This document shows, piece after piece, positions 38,330-49,200 of a DNA stretch of 64,000 nucleotides. The DNA is from Bacteroidales bacterium (GTDB lineage: Bacteria > Bacteroidota > Bacteroidia > Bacteroidales > VadinHA17): contig PLNF01000025.1 of the NCBI GenBank assembly GCA_003141715.1, positions 8,011 to 72,010 of the forward strand, given 5' to 3'. The notes under the pieces were generated by a model, which made no database searches, was not told the DNA's origin, and was given only the letters and a program-made list of their open reading frames with translations. The position numbers were made by a program, and so were the translations under genes. Every line of letters starts with the position of its first letter. Within the stretch, counting starts at the first letter, position 1.

Positions 38330-39319
38330 TTAGATTATTTCATGAGTGATTTCAATTGCCCCTAATTTTGGAGAAATTGCGATTTTGAATTCATCAGGCA
38401 GATAACCGCAAGCGATCAAAACAGCTATTTGCTCATTATCAGGAATCTGAAGCAAGGTTCTCAGCTTGTTATCATTTGAATTAGAAGCAGCCCAATTAAG
38501 AAGACAAGCTCCAATCTTATGAAAGTGTAAAGCATAAAGCAAAGTCATACTGAACAAACCTGCATTCAGAAATGGCTCATTTCTCTCATTACCTTGGAAT
38601 AACGATATGTCTGAAGTAATAACCAGCAATGTGTTGGTCAAATGGCCGAATCCTCTATTACCATTCTGAAGTTCAAATACTTGAAGCATTCTCTCCTTGT
38701 TTTTAATTAGATATACTCGCGAAGGTTGTCTGTTGCAGTCTGAAGGCGATCTGTTTGCCAATTCAATACACTGATAAATTGTTTCTATCGGTATTCTTTC
38801 CTTAGAGAAATTTCTTGAACTGTGTCTAGATTTGCAAAATTCTATGAAAGATGATTGATGGTACTTAAAAAACATACTGTTTGAGAAATGGTACTGAGAG
38901 GAACAGGTATCGATTCCGGCTATTGAGGAAATTGTTTTAATCCCTTCGAGTATGTCAGCATCCAAAGAAAAATTATTCAGTTCATGATACTTCAGATATT
39001 CATTAAGAACCTCTACTGAGTGTATGAATATCTGATCTTTGGTATCAAAACCATTTTGTAAATAGAACCTGCATAAGTCAGTTAATTCGTGAATGATTTT
39101 TATTCCAAATCCTAATCTAGTTTCAGGCATTGTAAGTCCTTTTTCAATAATATGATAAAGAATAGTTAAATGTCCTTTTATCTTACCCGGATTATTAAAT
39201 TTATAGTAGGTGTTAGAGTGCAATGTAAATCGTTTAATATCACACCAGAAAGCCAAATTTGATTGTGTAAGAAAAATAACTTTTGCTGGAATAATAAGTT
39301 TTACTAATTTCTTAATCAT
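38330..39319 (-). CDS. nitroreductase-family protein with about 150-aa N-terminal extension
   Basis: RHSSRNFSKERIPIETIYQCIELANRSPSDCNRQPSRVYLI is the nitroreductase FMN-binding N-terminal block. Confidence 0.75.
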   Translation of the reverse strand: MIKKLVKLIIPAKVIFLTQSNLAFWCDIKRFTLHSNTYYKFNNPGKIKGHLTILYHIIEKGLTMPETRLGFGIKIIHELTDLCRFYLQNGFDTKDQIFIHSVEVLNEYLKYHELNNFSLDADILEGIKTISSIAGIDTCSSQYHFSNSMFFKYHQSSFIEFCKSRHSSRNFSKERIPIETIYQCIELANRSPSDCNRQPSRVYLIKNKERMLQVFELQNGNRGFGHLTNTLLVITSDISLFQGNERNEPFLNAGLFSMTLLYALHFHKIGACLLNWAASNSNDNKLRTLLQIPDNEQIAVLIACGYLPDEFKIAISPKLGAIEITHEII

Positions 39320-39326
39320 TTCTTTT

Positions 39327-40865
39327 TCAAATAATCTGGTTTCTAAATTTTAAAACAAAGGTAAAAAAAAGTTCACTAATTCTCTTTTTTTCAACTGATG
39401 TGAACGCAATTAATATCCCAAAAAACGAAAGTGAAATAATACTTATCAAAATCACCAGAGCTGCTCTTGGAATACTATCATCTAATAATAATATGGGAAT
39501 GCATGCAAAGAGCGTAGCCAGGACAGAAGAAATTATAGATCGAAACAAAATTTTAAATATAAAACCTGTGATATTCAATCCTGCAATCTTATGGGTCAGC
39601 CATATTCTTGAACATAATGCAATAAATTCAATGAAGAAAGCACTTATTAAAACAGAATAGGGAGGAAATCCTAATTTTATTAAACAATACGCCAACGGTA
39701 AATTTAAGATAAGCAAAGATCCCATAACTATTTGATAAACTTTAACTTTACCAACTGAGTTTATAGCTACCATCAACCCCGCCGTTAATTGTTGCACTAA
39801 GCTCAAGGAAAGTATCAAGCGGCAAAAGATAACAGAATTCTCGGGGACAGTTTTTAACCATATTTTGAGTATTAAAGGCATCTCAATTATAAATGGAATT
39901 GCAAAGAATGCTAACAAGAAAAATGACAGTTTACATCCTAGCATGGCCAGACGGAGCATTCTTTCACGGTCTCCACTCCCTTCACTTTTTACAATCTGAG
40001 GGTTTAATGCTCTCATCATATTTGACGAAAAAGCACTTAATTGAGCATTGACCTGATTGGCAATTCCATAAGCTGCATTAACTAAGACGCTGAAAGATAG
40101 ATTCAATAGGATCGCCAGACCTTGAGAACTAATCAGATAGCAGAATGAACCATATAAATTCCATCCTGCAAATGCAAACAATTCTTTCAACAAAACAATA
40201 TTGATATCTTTTGTAGAAGGAACCCTGCATTCTTCATATTTTCGAAAACAATAAATACTTTTTATAAAACGGACAAGAATGGTTAGCATTGCTATAAGTA
40301 ATCCATACAGAATTAAATTGTCCACTTTTGTATAGACTACCCATACAGCGATTCCTAACTTCATTAAAGATTCGAAAATTCCTGATAATGCATCAAACAA
40401 CATGTTTTCGTGAGCATTTATTGCAGCGTCGAAAGGAACTGCATTGACTGTAAAGAAGGTGCTTATCACCATAAAATGGAAAACAATTTTTGCAGCGGCG
40501 ATTCGGTTAATAGGAATATTTAGAACCCCATGAAAGAGAAAGATTCCACCAAGTTCCAGTGAAAGTACAATAACTAAACCAATGACCAGATGAAGTAATA
40601 CACTTGAACCGAAAAGGGATTTCAATTTCTGATTGTCGCCTGCTCCCATATAATAGGACAAATACCTTTGAGTTGAAATAGACATTGCACTATTCAGAAA
40701 GGATAGCATCGCTATTACACCAGCGACCAAATTGAAAATCCCATAATCCACAGCTCCAAGAGAATTAAGCACAAGACGAACAGAGAACAATGAAATAATC
40801 ATTGTAATTAACATCTTAACATAAAGAAATCCAGTATTTGTAAAGACTCGTTTTGCGTGTTGCAT
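39327..40865 (-). CDS. wzx: Wzx-type flippase (MOP superfamily polysaccharide biosynthesis protein)
   Basis: About 14 TM helices. Typical length and position. The start lies 6 nt after the PPTase stop. Confidence 0.8.
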   Translation of the reverse strand: MQHAKRVFTNTGFLYVKMLITMIISLFSVRLVLNSLGAVDYGIFNLVAGVIAMLSFLNSAMSISTQRYLSYYMGAGDNQKLKSLFGSSVLLHLVIGLVIVLSLELGGIFLFHGVLNIPINRIAAAKIVFHFMVISTFFTVNAVPFDAAINAHENMLFDALSGIFESLMKLGIAVWVVYTKVDNLILYGLLIAMLTILVRFIKSIYCFRKYEECRVPSTKDINIVLLKELFAFAGWNLYGSFCYLISSQGLAILLNLSFSVLVNAAYGIANQVNAQLSAFSSNMMRALNPQIVKSEGSGDRERMLRLAMLGCKLSFFLLAFFAIPFIIEMPLILKIWLKTVPENSVIFCRLILSLSLVQQLTAGLMVAINSVGKVKVYQIVMGSLLILNLPLAYCLIKLGFPPYSVLISAFFIEFIALCSRIWLTHKIAGLNITGFIFKILFRSIISSVLATLFACIPILLLDDSIPRAALVILISIISLSFFGILIAFTSVEKKRISELFFTFVLKFRNQII

Positions 40866-40871
40866 CAGAAA

Positions 40872-41645
40872 CTATTGATTTATGTATAGATTAATAATCT
40901 CATTATTTATTTGATACAACAGAACTTTTCCTCTTTGCGGTATTGCTACACTCAAGAAATGATTCGACAGGTTGGTCGAATAAATAAAATGGTCATCGAA
41001 TAAACAATCAGCAATCAGATTATCAAACACTTCCCTTCTAATAATATTTTCCAGTACCTCAACTTGCTTTAGATTGTCTATTATTCCAGTTCCAAGAGCC
41101 TTCAATAGAGCTTCTTTTCGTGTCCATAGAAGGAAAAACCTGTCTAAAGCCTCAGCTTTCGATTCTAAAATATACTCTCGCTCACAGGAACTGAAATATG
41201 TTTCTATTATAGAAGTGAAATCAATTATTTTACTTACTTTTTCTAGATCAATTCCTACATAATGGTTATTGGAAACCACAAATGCAAATGCCCCCTTAGT
41301 ATGAGAAATATTAAAGTATAAAGGATTACCCAACAAAGCTGGTTTGTTGTACAATTCGTTAAAGAATCTGACTTCCAAAGGTTCTTTATTTAGCGTCTTT
41401 GAAAGAACCAAACGAAGTAAAGCATGACAGGATATATAAGTCTCCATATCTTCTTCAAAATGAAATCTTTCTGCTCTTAATTGTTCCTCTTTAGTGATAT
41501 AATTTTTAAAATCGGGATATCTTGAATTAAGGTCTTTAGTTTTGGCATAAAACACCTCAACTATATTGGAGTCATCCTCTGAAATCATCTTATATCCTGA
41601 ATCAAAATAATAACGACTACAACTTGATCCTGAAATTATTTGCAT
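40872..41645 (-). CDS. Sfp-type 4'-phosphopantetheinyl transferase
   Basis: FNISHTKG, GIDLEK and FFLLWTRKEALLKALGTG (WxxKEAxxK) motifs. Confidence 0.85.
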   Translation of the reverse strand: MQIISGSSCSRYYFDSGYKMISEDDSNIVEVFYAKTKDLNSRYPDFKNYITKEEQLRAERFHFEEDMETYISCHALLRLVLSKTLNKEPLEVRFFNELYNKPALLGNPLYFNISHTKGAFAFVVSNNHYVGIDLEKVSKIIDFTSIIETYFSSCEREYILESKAEALDRFFLLWTRKEALLKALGTGIIDNLKQVEVLENIIRREVFDNLIADCLFDDHFIYSTNLSNHFLSVAIPQRGKVLLYQINNEIINLYINQ

Positions 41646-41657
41646 TACAAAATGTAA

Positions 41658-42584
41658 TTACTCTCTGTATGATTTATTAATATGATTTAAGAGTTTTTCC
41701 AGTTCTATCTGAAGAACGTCAATACTCTTCTTATTTTTAAAAATTGTAAGATGACCCGCTTCAAGAGTAAACATCTTTATCTCATCCGCAAGGGTCTCCC
41801 ATCCCAGGTATTCAAAAGTGGATGTATTCTCTGAAGTTTTAAACAGTAATATATCACCCTTAAATTTATCAGGTTTATATTTTTTTGAAAGCATTTTATA
41901 TGTTTCCCACCTATAAAACTGGTGCCATTTAACCGGAATAGGTTGATTGAATAAAAAACATAATTTACAAATTGATAATTTCACATGCAATTCTATTTTT
42001 ATTTTAATAGGAGATAAAATATTACTTCTTATCAGTTTAAAAAAATTGCTGTTCCATTTTATTGATTCATGAGCCAATGGACTAATGGCATCAATCAGAA
42101 CAAGAAATGGTACATCTTGGCCTAATTTCTGTAATTGAACTGCCATTTCAAAAGCCAATACACCTCCAAAGGAAAAACCACTTAAATAATAAGGTCCCGA
42201 AGGTCTGAGAGATAGTATTTGATTTAAATATGCATTTGCCATTTCTTTAATGTTTTTATAAATAATCTTGCCCCCATTGGAGCCAGGGTGAAAAAAACCA
42301 TATACAGGCTGATCTGAACCGAAGTAATCGCTAATAGTATAATTCCCATGATCGCTATGAACAAGAAATAATGGTATCTTGTTTCCTTCTGTATTAATGG
42401 GCATCATATTAGAATATTCTTTAGGCCAAAAGTGCTTCAATAATCTCCCTTTGTACTTCTTCAAATTATCAATCAGTTCAGGAGTTATATACTCCTCCGG
42501 ACCACTATATCTTAGCTTGCCCATAGAAAAAGAAATTTCAATCTTCTTTTGTATAAGCTCTTCAATAAATTCATTAATTGTCAT
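41658..42584 (-). CDS. thioesterase (alpha/beta hydrolase) with N-terminal TubC-type docking domain
   Basis: GFSFGGVLAFEMA nucleophile elbow (Ser at 42171-42173). C-terminal EAGHLTIF. The first 55 aa or so, INEFIEELIQKKIEISFSMGKLRYSGPEEYITPELIDNLKKYKGRLLKHF, look like a TubC_N docking domain. Confidence 0.85.
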   Translation of the reverse strand: MTINEFIEELIQKKIEISFSMGKLRYSGPEEYITPELIDNLKKYKGRLLKHFWPKEYSNMMPINTEGNKIPLFLVHSDHGNYTISDYFGSDQPVYGFFHPGSNGGKIIYKNIKEMANAYLNQILSLRPSGPYYLSGFSFGGVLAFEMAVQLQKLGQDVPFLVLIDAISPLAHESIKWNSNFFKLIRSNILSPIKIKIELHVKLSICKLCFLFNQPIPVKWHQFYRWETYKMLSKKYKPDKFKGDILLFKTSENTSTFEYLGWETLADEIKMFTLEAGHLTIFKNKKSIDVLQIELEKLLNHINKSYRE

Positions 42585-42956
42585 AGTTCACTTATAAAAA
42601 TATTTGAAGAATTATACCTTCTTTGTTAACATGAATAATTTTACTCGATTTCAATATAGTAATATCAAATATTTCATCCAATTGTTAAGTTTGATTATTT
42701 TTGTCCTTATATACCATACTTTTTTTTCTGAAATAATCGTTATTTCTTTCAAGGATTAATAGTTATTTTTTTTCTGAAGAGATCTTTATAGGATTATCAG
42801 AATTGAGTTTGAGTTTTATAAATTCATCAACTGTTTTCCTATCTTTTTCTAAAAAGGATTGCTCTTATACAGATTCTCAACCATATTTTGCAATAAATGA
42901 CGCTAATTATTTCTTTATCAATTGTCCCATTTCCAAAACAATACATGTTTTATGAA

Positions 42957-45900
42957 TTATAGTTCTCCTGTGACGATTTTAGTATCAGTTTTGTTTTCTT
43001 TATTAACGGATTTGTTTTCAATAGAATTTTTGATATAAATATCTATAGTTTCAGCCAGATCTTTAATCCTAGGGTTGTCAAAGAAAATTCTAAGTCCCAG
43101 TTCAACATTTAATGCTGACTTAATCTTAGAAAAAACCGAAATAGCAAGAAGTGAATTGCCTCCGATGTCAAAAAAATTATCTGTTACTGAGAAATCGTCT
43201 GTTTTTAAAACCTCGTTCCAAATTTTAAAAACTCTATATTCAGTCTGGCTAAGTGTCTTTATTTCCTCATTTTTTCTACTTTCCAGATCCTTTAAATCGA
43301 AAATAAGGGCATTTCTGTCAATCTTACCGTTGATTGTCTTAGGGAATCCATGCATGTATTTATATGCCAACGGCACCATATATGGAGGGAGCTTGTCTCT
43401 TACCCTTTTGATTATCTCTTTTGTTCCCATTTTAAATGATTCAGGCACATTTAAAAAAGCAATCAGCCTGTAATCTCCTTCTTCAACTTTTACAGATTTA
43501 ATAACTGTTTCTATTACCCCGTCTATCTCCGATATGACAGATTCTATCTCCTCCAGCTCTACCCGGAAGCCCCTTATTTTCAATTGATTGTCAATCCTTC
43601 CATGAAACTCAATGTTACCATCCGGAAGCCATTTCGCATAGTCGCCAGTCCGGTAAAGTCTTTCTCCCGGTAATTGCGGATGATCTATGAAACTCTTCTT
43701 ATTCAGGTCATCTCTGTTTATGTATCCTTTTGATAAACCATCGCCTCCGATATATAATTCCCCTATAACTCCAATGGGCTGATAATTCATATTATTATCA
43801 AAAATATAACACGTGGAATTGCTTATGGGTCTACCGATCGGAATATTGTGATCTAAATCTTTTTCAATCAGGTAGGCTGTTGAGAAGGTTGTGTTTTCGG
43901 TAGGCCCGTAACCGTTGATAACCTTCAACCCCGGATTAGCCTTCCTGACTTTGTTTATATGAGGGGCAGATAAAACATCTCCGCCTACAAGCAAATACTT
44001 CAAGTTGCCAAATATATCAGTTCCCGACTCTGCCAGGTGCGTAAATAGAGCAGATGTCAGCCAAAGGATTGTAATATCATTTTTTACAAGCGCTTCTCCT
44101 AATGCTCCCGGATTAAGAATAGTCTCTTTTTCAGCCATAAATAATGACCCTCCATTTAAAAGCGCTCCCCAAATCTCAAATGTCGATGCATCAAATACTA
44201 TTGCACTTGTCAACAAAATTTTATCCTCCGGAGTAATGTCAATATAGTTAGTATTTCGTACAAGCCTGACAATACTATGCTGGCATATCATGCTCCCTTT
44301 TGGATTTCCGGTAGTTCCTGATGTGTACATTATATATCCCAGATCTGATGACCTGTTGATATTCCCGGGGTTTGATACCTCTTCAGTATCAGAACCCGCA
44401 TCGTTCAGGCTTAATTTCGTAACACCATCTAAACAAATGCCAATGCATTTGTCCTGGGCGAGCAGTACTTTACATCCCGAATCCTTAATAATGAAATTGA
44501 TTCTCAGTGAAGGATAATCAGGATCAATAGGCACATAAACTCCTCCGGCTTTCAGAATGCCAAGGATACCCACTATTACATCCAAAGACTTTTCTGCGAG
44601 AATCCCTACCGGTGTATTCCTTCCGACTCCAACCTTCATCAGATTAAGGGCCAATTGATTTGCTTTATAATTTAATTGTTTATAGGTCAGCAATTCTTCT
44701 TTAAAGACCACTGCTGTCTTATCAGGAAATTCATCAACCTGCTCTTCGAACAGCTGGATAATTGTTTTATCTTTTGGATAGGCTGTATGTGTATTGTTAA
44801 AACCATCGATTATAAATTTCTCTCCATCAGAAATCAGAGGAAGTGATTCAATAGCGACATCATAATTTTCGAAAATGTTACGAATAAGAGTAAGAAAGTT
44901 TTCTTTCAGCCTGATTATTGTTTCCGGTTTTAAAATATCAATATTAAATTTAATCTCACCTTGAATTTTATCCCCGCTTTCCCACATATAGAAAATAATA
45001 TCAAAGGGAGTAACATCGTCAGCCAAAGTAATTCTTTCACCTTTAATGTTTCCGAAATCTATTGGTATAATCATATCGTTAAGCCATGACAATGAGACCT
45101 GAAAAATAGGATTTATACCGGAAATCCGATCAGGATTTACAACCTCAACAATTCTCTCAAAAGGGAGTTTTGAATTTAATATTGTATTTCTTACAACATT
45201 CTTTGTATAATTAACATGATCTTTAAACTTATTTTTGGTTTCAATCTTTAATCTGACCACTGCAGTGTTTAAAAATAAGCCAAATATTTTATCAAGGGAA
45301 GGATGAGTTCGACGGTTTGAAACAGGGATACCAATACAAATATCATTCTCCCCGGAATATTTCTGTAACAATACCCCCACTAAAGATACCATAGTGCTAA
45401 AAAGCGTAGAACCCTGGTTTTTACTAAGTTCTTTTAGTTTGAGAGTGTATTCCTTCGAAATTTCAAAAGATTGCCGGAATCCAAACCCTGTTGGATCGTT
45501 TTTCCTGTGATAATCGTAGGGAAATTTTAATTCCGGCTGACACCCTTTCAAATTATCTTTCCAGAATTCAATCAGCTCTTTTTCGTTTTCGTCAGAAAAT
45601 GATCTGTTTTCTACCTGTGCATAATTGTAACTATGAAACTTCAGTGGTTCAGGCTTATAATCAGCATTCAGAATCAGATTATTATATATTGTGCTTAATT
45701 CCTGCACGAAAACCCGGATTGACCATCCATCAAATATTATATGATGAATTGTTGCATGAAAATAATAGTTTGTTTCATCATCCTTTAATAAGTAAAGACG
45801 ATAGAGCGGACCATTTTCAACATCAAAACATCTTCTTGAATCTTTTCCTGCAAAGGAAAGAATCGCCTCTCTTCTTAAATTAACCGGGAAACCGGAAAAA

Positions 45901-46175
45901 TCAATTAATTCAACGGTTACAGGTCCGGGAATTATATCAATATATGGCTCTCCCTCTTTCTGTCTGAATACCGAAAACATAGTATGTTGCCTGTTAAATA
46001 AAAGGCTCATGCTCTTTTCAAAAATATCCAAATTAATTTCGATCTTAAAATGATACGTCAATACCATATTATAGGCAGGATTTGTATTATCCAGCTGTGA
46101 TATTATCCATAACTTTTTTTGATTTGCCATCAATGGCAAACCTCGTTGAACCGATGGATGCGTTTTTTTATTCAT
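42957..46175 (-). CDS. NRPS module C-A-T (A-domain code DAFWLGGTFK, Val-like)
   Basis: C: LPLMANQKKLW and HHIIFDGWS. A: YTSGTTGNPKG, FDAS, NGYGPTENT, YRTGDYAKW, KIRGFRVELEEIE, PKTINGKIDR. T: FFDIGGNSLLAI (Ser at 43152-43154). Approximate domains: C 44860-46130, A 43300-44800, T 43040-43250. Confidence 0.95.
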   Translation of the reverse strand: MNKKTHPSVQRGLPLMANQKKLWIISQLDNTNPAYNMVLTYHFKIEINLDIFEKSMSLLFNRQHTMFSVFRQKEGEPYIDIIPGPVTVELIDFSGFPVNLRREAILSFAGKDSRRCFDVENGPLYRLYLLKDDETNYYFHATIHHIIFDGWSIRVFVQELSTIYNNLILNADYKPEPLKFHSYNYAQVENRSFSDENEKELIEFWKDNLKGCQPELKFPYDYHRKNDPTGFGFRQSFEISKEYTLKLKELSKNQGSTLFSTMVSLVGVLLQKYSGENDICIGIPVSNRRTHPSLDKIFGLFLNTAVVRLKIETKNKFKDHVNYTKNVVRNTILNSKLPFERIVEVVNPDRISGINPIFQVSLSWLNDMIIPIDFGNIKGERITLADDVTPFDIIFYMWESGDKIQGEIKFNIDILKPETIIRLKENFLTLIRNIFENYDVAIESLPLISDGEKFIIDGFNNTHTAYPKDKTIIQLFEEQVDEFPDKTAVVFKEELLTYKQLNYKANQLALNLMKVGVGRNTPVGILAEKSLDVIVGILGILKAGGVYVPIDPDYPSLRINFIIKDSGCKVLLAQDKCIGICLDGVTKLSLNDAGSDTEEVSNPGNINRSSDLGYIMYTSGTTGNPKGSMICQHSIVRLVRNTNYIDITPEDKILLTSAIVFDASTFEIWGALLNGGSLFMAEKETILNPGALGEALVKNDITILWLTSALFTHLAESGTDIFGNLKYLLVGGDVLSAPHINKVRKANPGLKVINGYGPTENTTFSTAYLIEKDLDHNIPIGRPISNSTCYIFDNNMNYQPIGVIGELYIGGDGLSKGYINRDDLNKKSFIDHPQLPGERLYRTGDYAKWLPDGNIEFHGRIDNQLKIRGFRVELEEIESVISEIDGVIETVIKSVKVEEGDYRLIAFLNVPESFKMGTKEIIKRVRDKLPPYMVPLAYKYMHGFPKTINGKIDRNALIFDLKDLESRKNEEIKTLSQTEYRVFKIWNEVLKTDDFSVTDNFFDIGGNSLLAISVFSKIKSALNVELGLRIFFDNPRIKDLAETIDIYIKNSIENKSVNKENKTDTKIVTGEL

Positions 46176-46201
46176 CTCCTCTCAAATTGCAATTTATCGT
46201 G

Positions 46202-49200
46202 CTAAATCTCGCCTATAACTAATTTAGACTCTGGTTTAGTTGGTTTATCCACAGATTTCTGTTTTACAGATTTCTTTACTGAAATATCAATGGCCTCAGC
46301 AAGATCCTTTATCCTCGGGCTGTCAAAGAAAACTCTTAGTCCCAAATCAATATTAAATGCAGATTCAATCTTTGAAAATACAGCTATTGCCAGAAGCGAA
46401 TTGCCACCACTCTCAAAAAAATTGTCTGTAACTGTAATATCTTCAGTCTTTAGTGTTTCGCTCCATATTTTAAAAATTACCTTTTCTGTGGGTGTCAAAG
46501 CTTCTATTTCATCACTTCCTGTTTTTCCCAATTCATTAATTTGAAAAATAAGAGATTTCCTGTCAATTTTTCCGTTACTTGTTTTTGGGAACTCCTTCAT
46601 TATGTTATAAAATGTTGGGATCATATATGAAGGTAGTTTTTCCTTCAGGCGCCTGTTGAGCTCTTTTGTATCGATATTGAAATCATCTGATACGTTAAGA
46701 AATGCCACCAACCGGTGATCATTCTCATCAAATTTATGAACTATTACCACAGCTTCTTTAACATCCTGGACCTGAGTCAGCAAACTTTCAATTTCCCCTG
46801 GTTCTATCCTGAATCCTCTTAACTTGATCTGATTGTCGCTCCTGCCAAAAAGCTCTACATTCCCGTCAATCAGAAATCTACCCAGGTCACCGGTCTTGTA
46901 GATAATCTGTTTATTTTCGAGTGTGATGAATTTTTCTGCAGTCAGATCCGGTCGGTTAATATAACCCTTTGTCACACCCAGACCTCCGATACAGACCTCT
47001 CCAATAACACCAACAGGAAGTTGATTATTATTTTTATCCAGGATATAAATGGAAGTATTATTAACCGGTCTTCCGATAAGAATTGGTGCATCAGGATCTA
47101 TGACCTTAGTATATACAGAATAGACAGTTGTCTCAGTAGGTCCATAGCAATTCCAGAATTCATTAACCTTTGGAAGTATCTGTCGTACAAGAACTGATGT
47201 CAATGCTTCTCCCCCGCACAACGCTTTAAGGTCATCTTTGCCCTGCCATCCGCCTGAAAGCAGAATATTCCAGAATGAAGGAGTTGCCTGAATGACTGTA
47301 ATATTATGCTTTTTAATCAGGTCAGTTAAGGCTGGACCATCTGTTGTCTCGCCGGACTTTGCAATGACTATTGTTGCTCCTGCTGACAAAGGAACAAAAA
47401 GTTCAAAAACAGACATGTCGAAAGATAAAGTTACAACTGCCAGAAGTATGTCATTCTCTTTTATACCAGGCTCCTTCAACATGCTTTCAATCAGGTTTAC
47501 AACTGCAGCGTGATGAACTTTAACTCCTTTAGGTTTACCTGTTGAACCCGATGTGTAAATAGTATATGCATTGGATTTCGGACTCAGAATAAGCTCAGGT
47601 TTCACAGTACTATATTTCCTGATTTTCCCCCGATCTGTATCTATAAAGACAATTGGCGTTTTAAACATTCGGGTTTTCTCCATCAGCGAACTCTGTGTAA
47701 TCAGAGCTCTGGCTCCCGAATCTTCAAACATAAAAGTTATTCTGTCATCAGGAAATGAAGGATCCATGGGCAGATAGCTGCATCCTGCTTTTAATACGCC
47801 AAGTACAGAAATTACCATTTCAACTGAACGTTCAATACATATCCCTATGATGTCTCCCTCAGTTGCCCCGAGTGAGATCAGATAACCGGCAAGCTGATTA
47901 GCCTGATCATTCAACTCTTTGTAAGTCAGACTTGAATCGCCGGATATAACTGCCTTCTTTGATGGGTGAATTACCGACTGCTGCTCAAAGAAACTCTGGA
48001 CCAGACAATCAGTAACCGGTACATTGGTTCTGTTAAATTCTTCAAGTTTAGTTCTATCATTATCTGAGATTATTGATATTTCAGATATTCTCTGGTCAGG
48101 GTTTTCTATTACACTTTTCAACAGGAAGACAAAATTTTCTTTTAACCGGATTATGAATTCCCGATCAAATAAATCTGAATTAAATTCCAGCTCACCCTCA
48201 ACGATTCCATCATTGTCCCATGCATAAAAAGTCATATCAAATGGAGCAACTGTATCTTTAATAAGTATTCTTTCAGGCATTATTCCCTCTAAATTAAGAG
48301 GAGGGCGCGGTGTATTCTGATAGGCAAAAAGAATCTGGGAAATCGGATTCACATTAATTTTTCGTTCAGGCTGCAGGGTTTCAACCAGCTTCTCAAATGG
48401 CAGATCCTGGTGAGCAAGACCCTCAATTGTTATATTCCTTGTATAATGCAAGAGCTCTTTAAAAGTCAGGGAATTATCAAAACGCAAACGTAGGATTATT
48501 GTGTTTACGAATAATCCTATAATCTCTTCTGTATCAGAATTGACCCTGTTGGCAGTTGGAATGCCAATACAAATATCGTTATCACCGGAATATTTATTCA
48601 GAAGCAAGCTAAAACCGGCTAATAATGTCATAAAAACTGTCGAGTTCTCTCTTTGACTTATCTCTCTGATTTTACCAGAGAAATCTAAGGTCATCCTCAA
48701 AGGTTCTCTGCTTCCAAAACCGGTGGGTCTTTTGGTTCTTGAATAACTGAATGGAAAATTAATTTCTGCAGGATGATCTTTAAGTTGTTTCTTCCAGTAA
48801 TCAATTGAAGTTTTGAAAGAATCTTCGGTAATATTTGATTCCTGCCAGTTAGCTATATCATAATATTGATATTTAAGAGGTATAAGGTCAATTTCACGGT
48901 TGTTAAGCAGGTCATTATATATCTGACGTAATTCGCCGGCAAAGATACCCCACGACCACCCGTCAAAAACCATATGCTGAACAGTCATATGAAAAACAGA
49001 CTCATTATCACTGATTTTTACCAGGTAGAAGCGGAACAAAGGACCATTTTCTATGTCAAAGATATTTCTTGATTCGCCTGTAAAAAAATCCTGTATTTTT
49101 TGTTCGACTTCTTCAGAAGCATAAGAGCTATAGTCCAGAAAAGTAATAGGCAAGGTTTCAAAATTATTAATCAGACAATATGGTTCTCCTTCATGTGATT

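Noticed and set aside
42585-42956. Possible MbtH-like small gene (a minus-strand reading gives MVENLYKSNPF)
   Set aside because: That frame hits a stop immediately after NPF. No continuation resembling the MbtH Trp-rich core exists in any frame.
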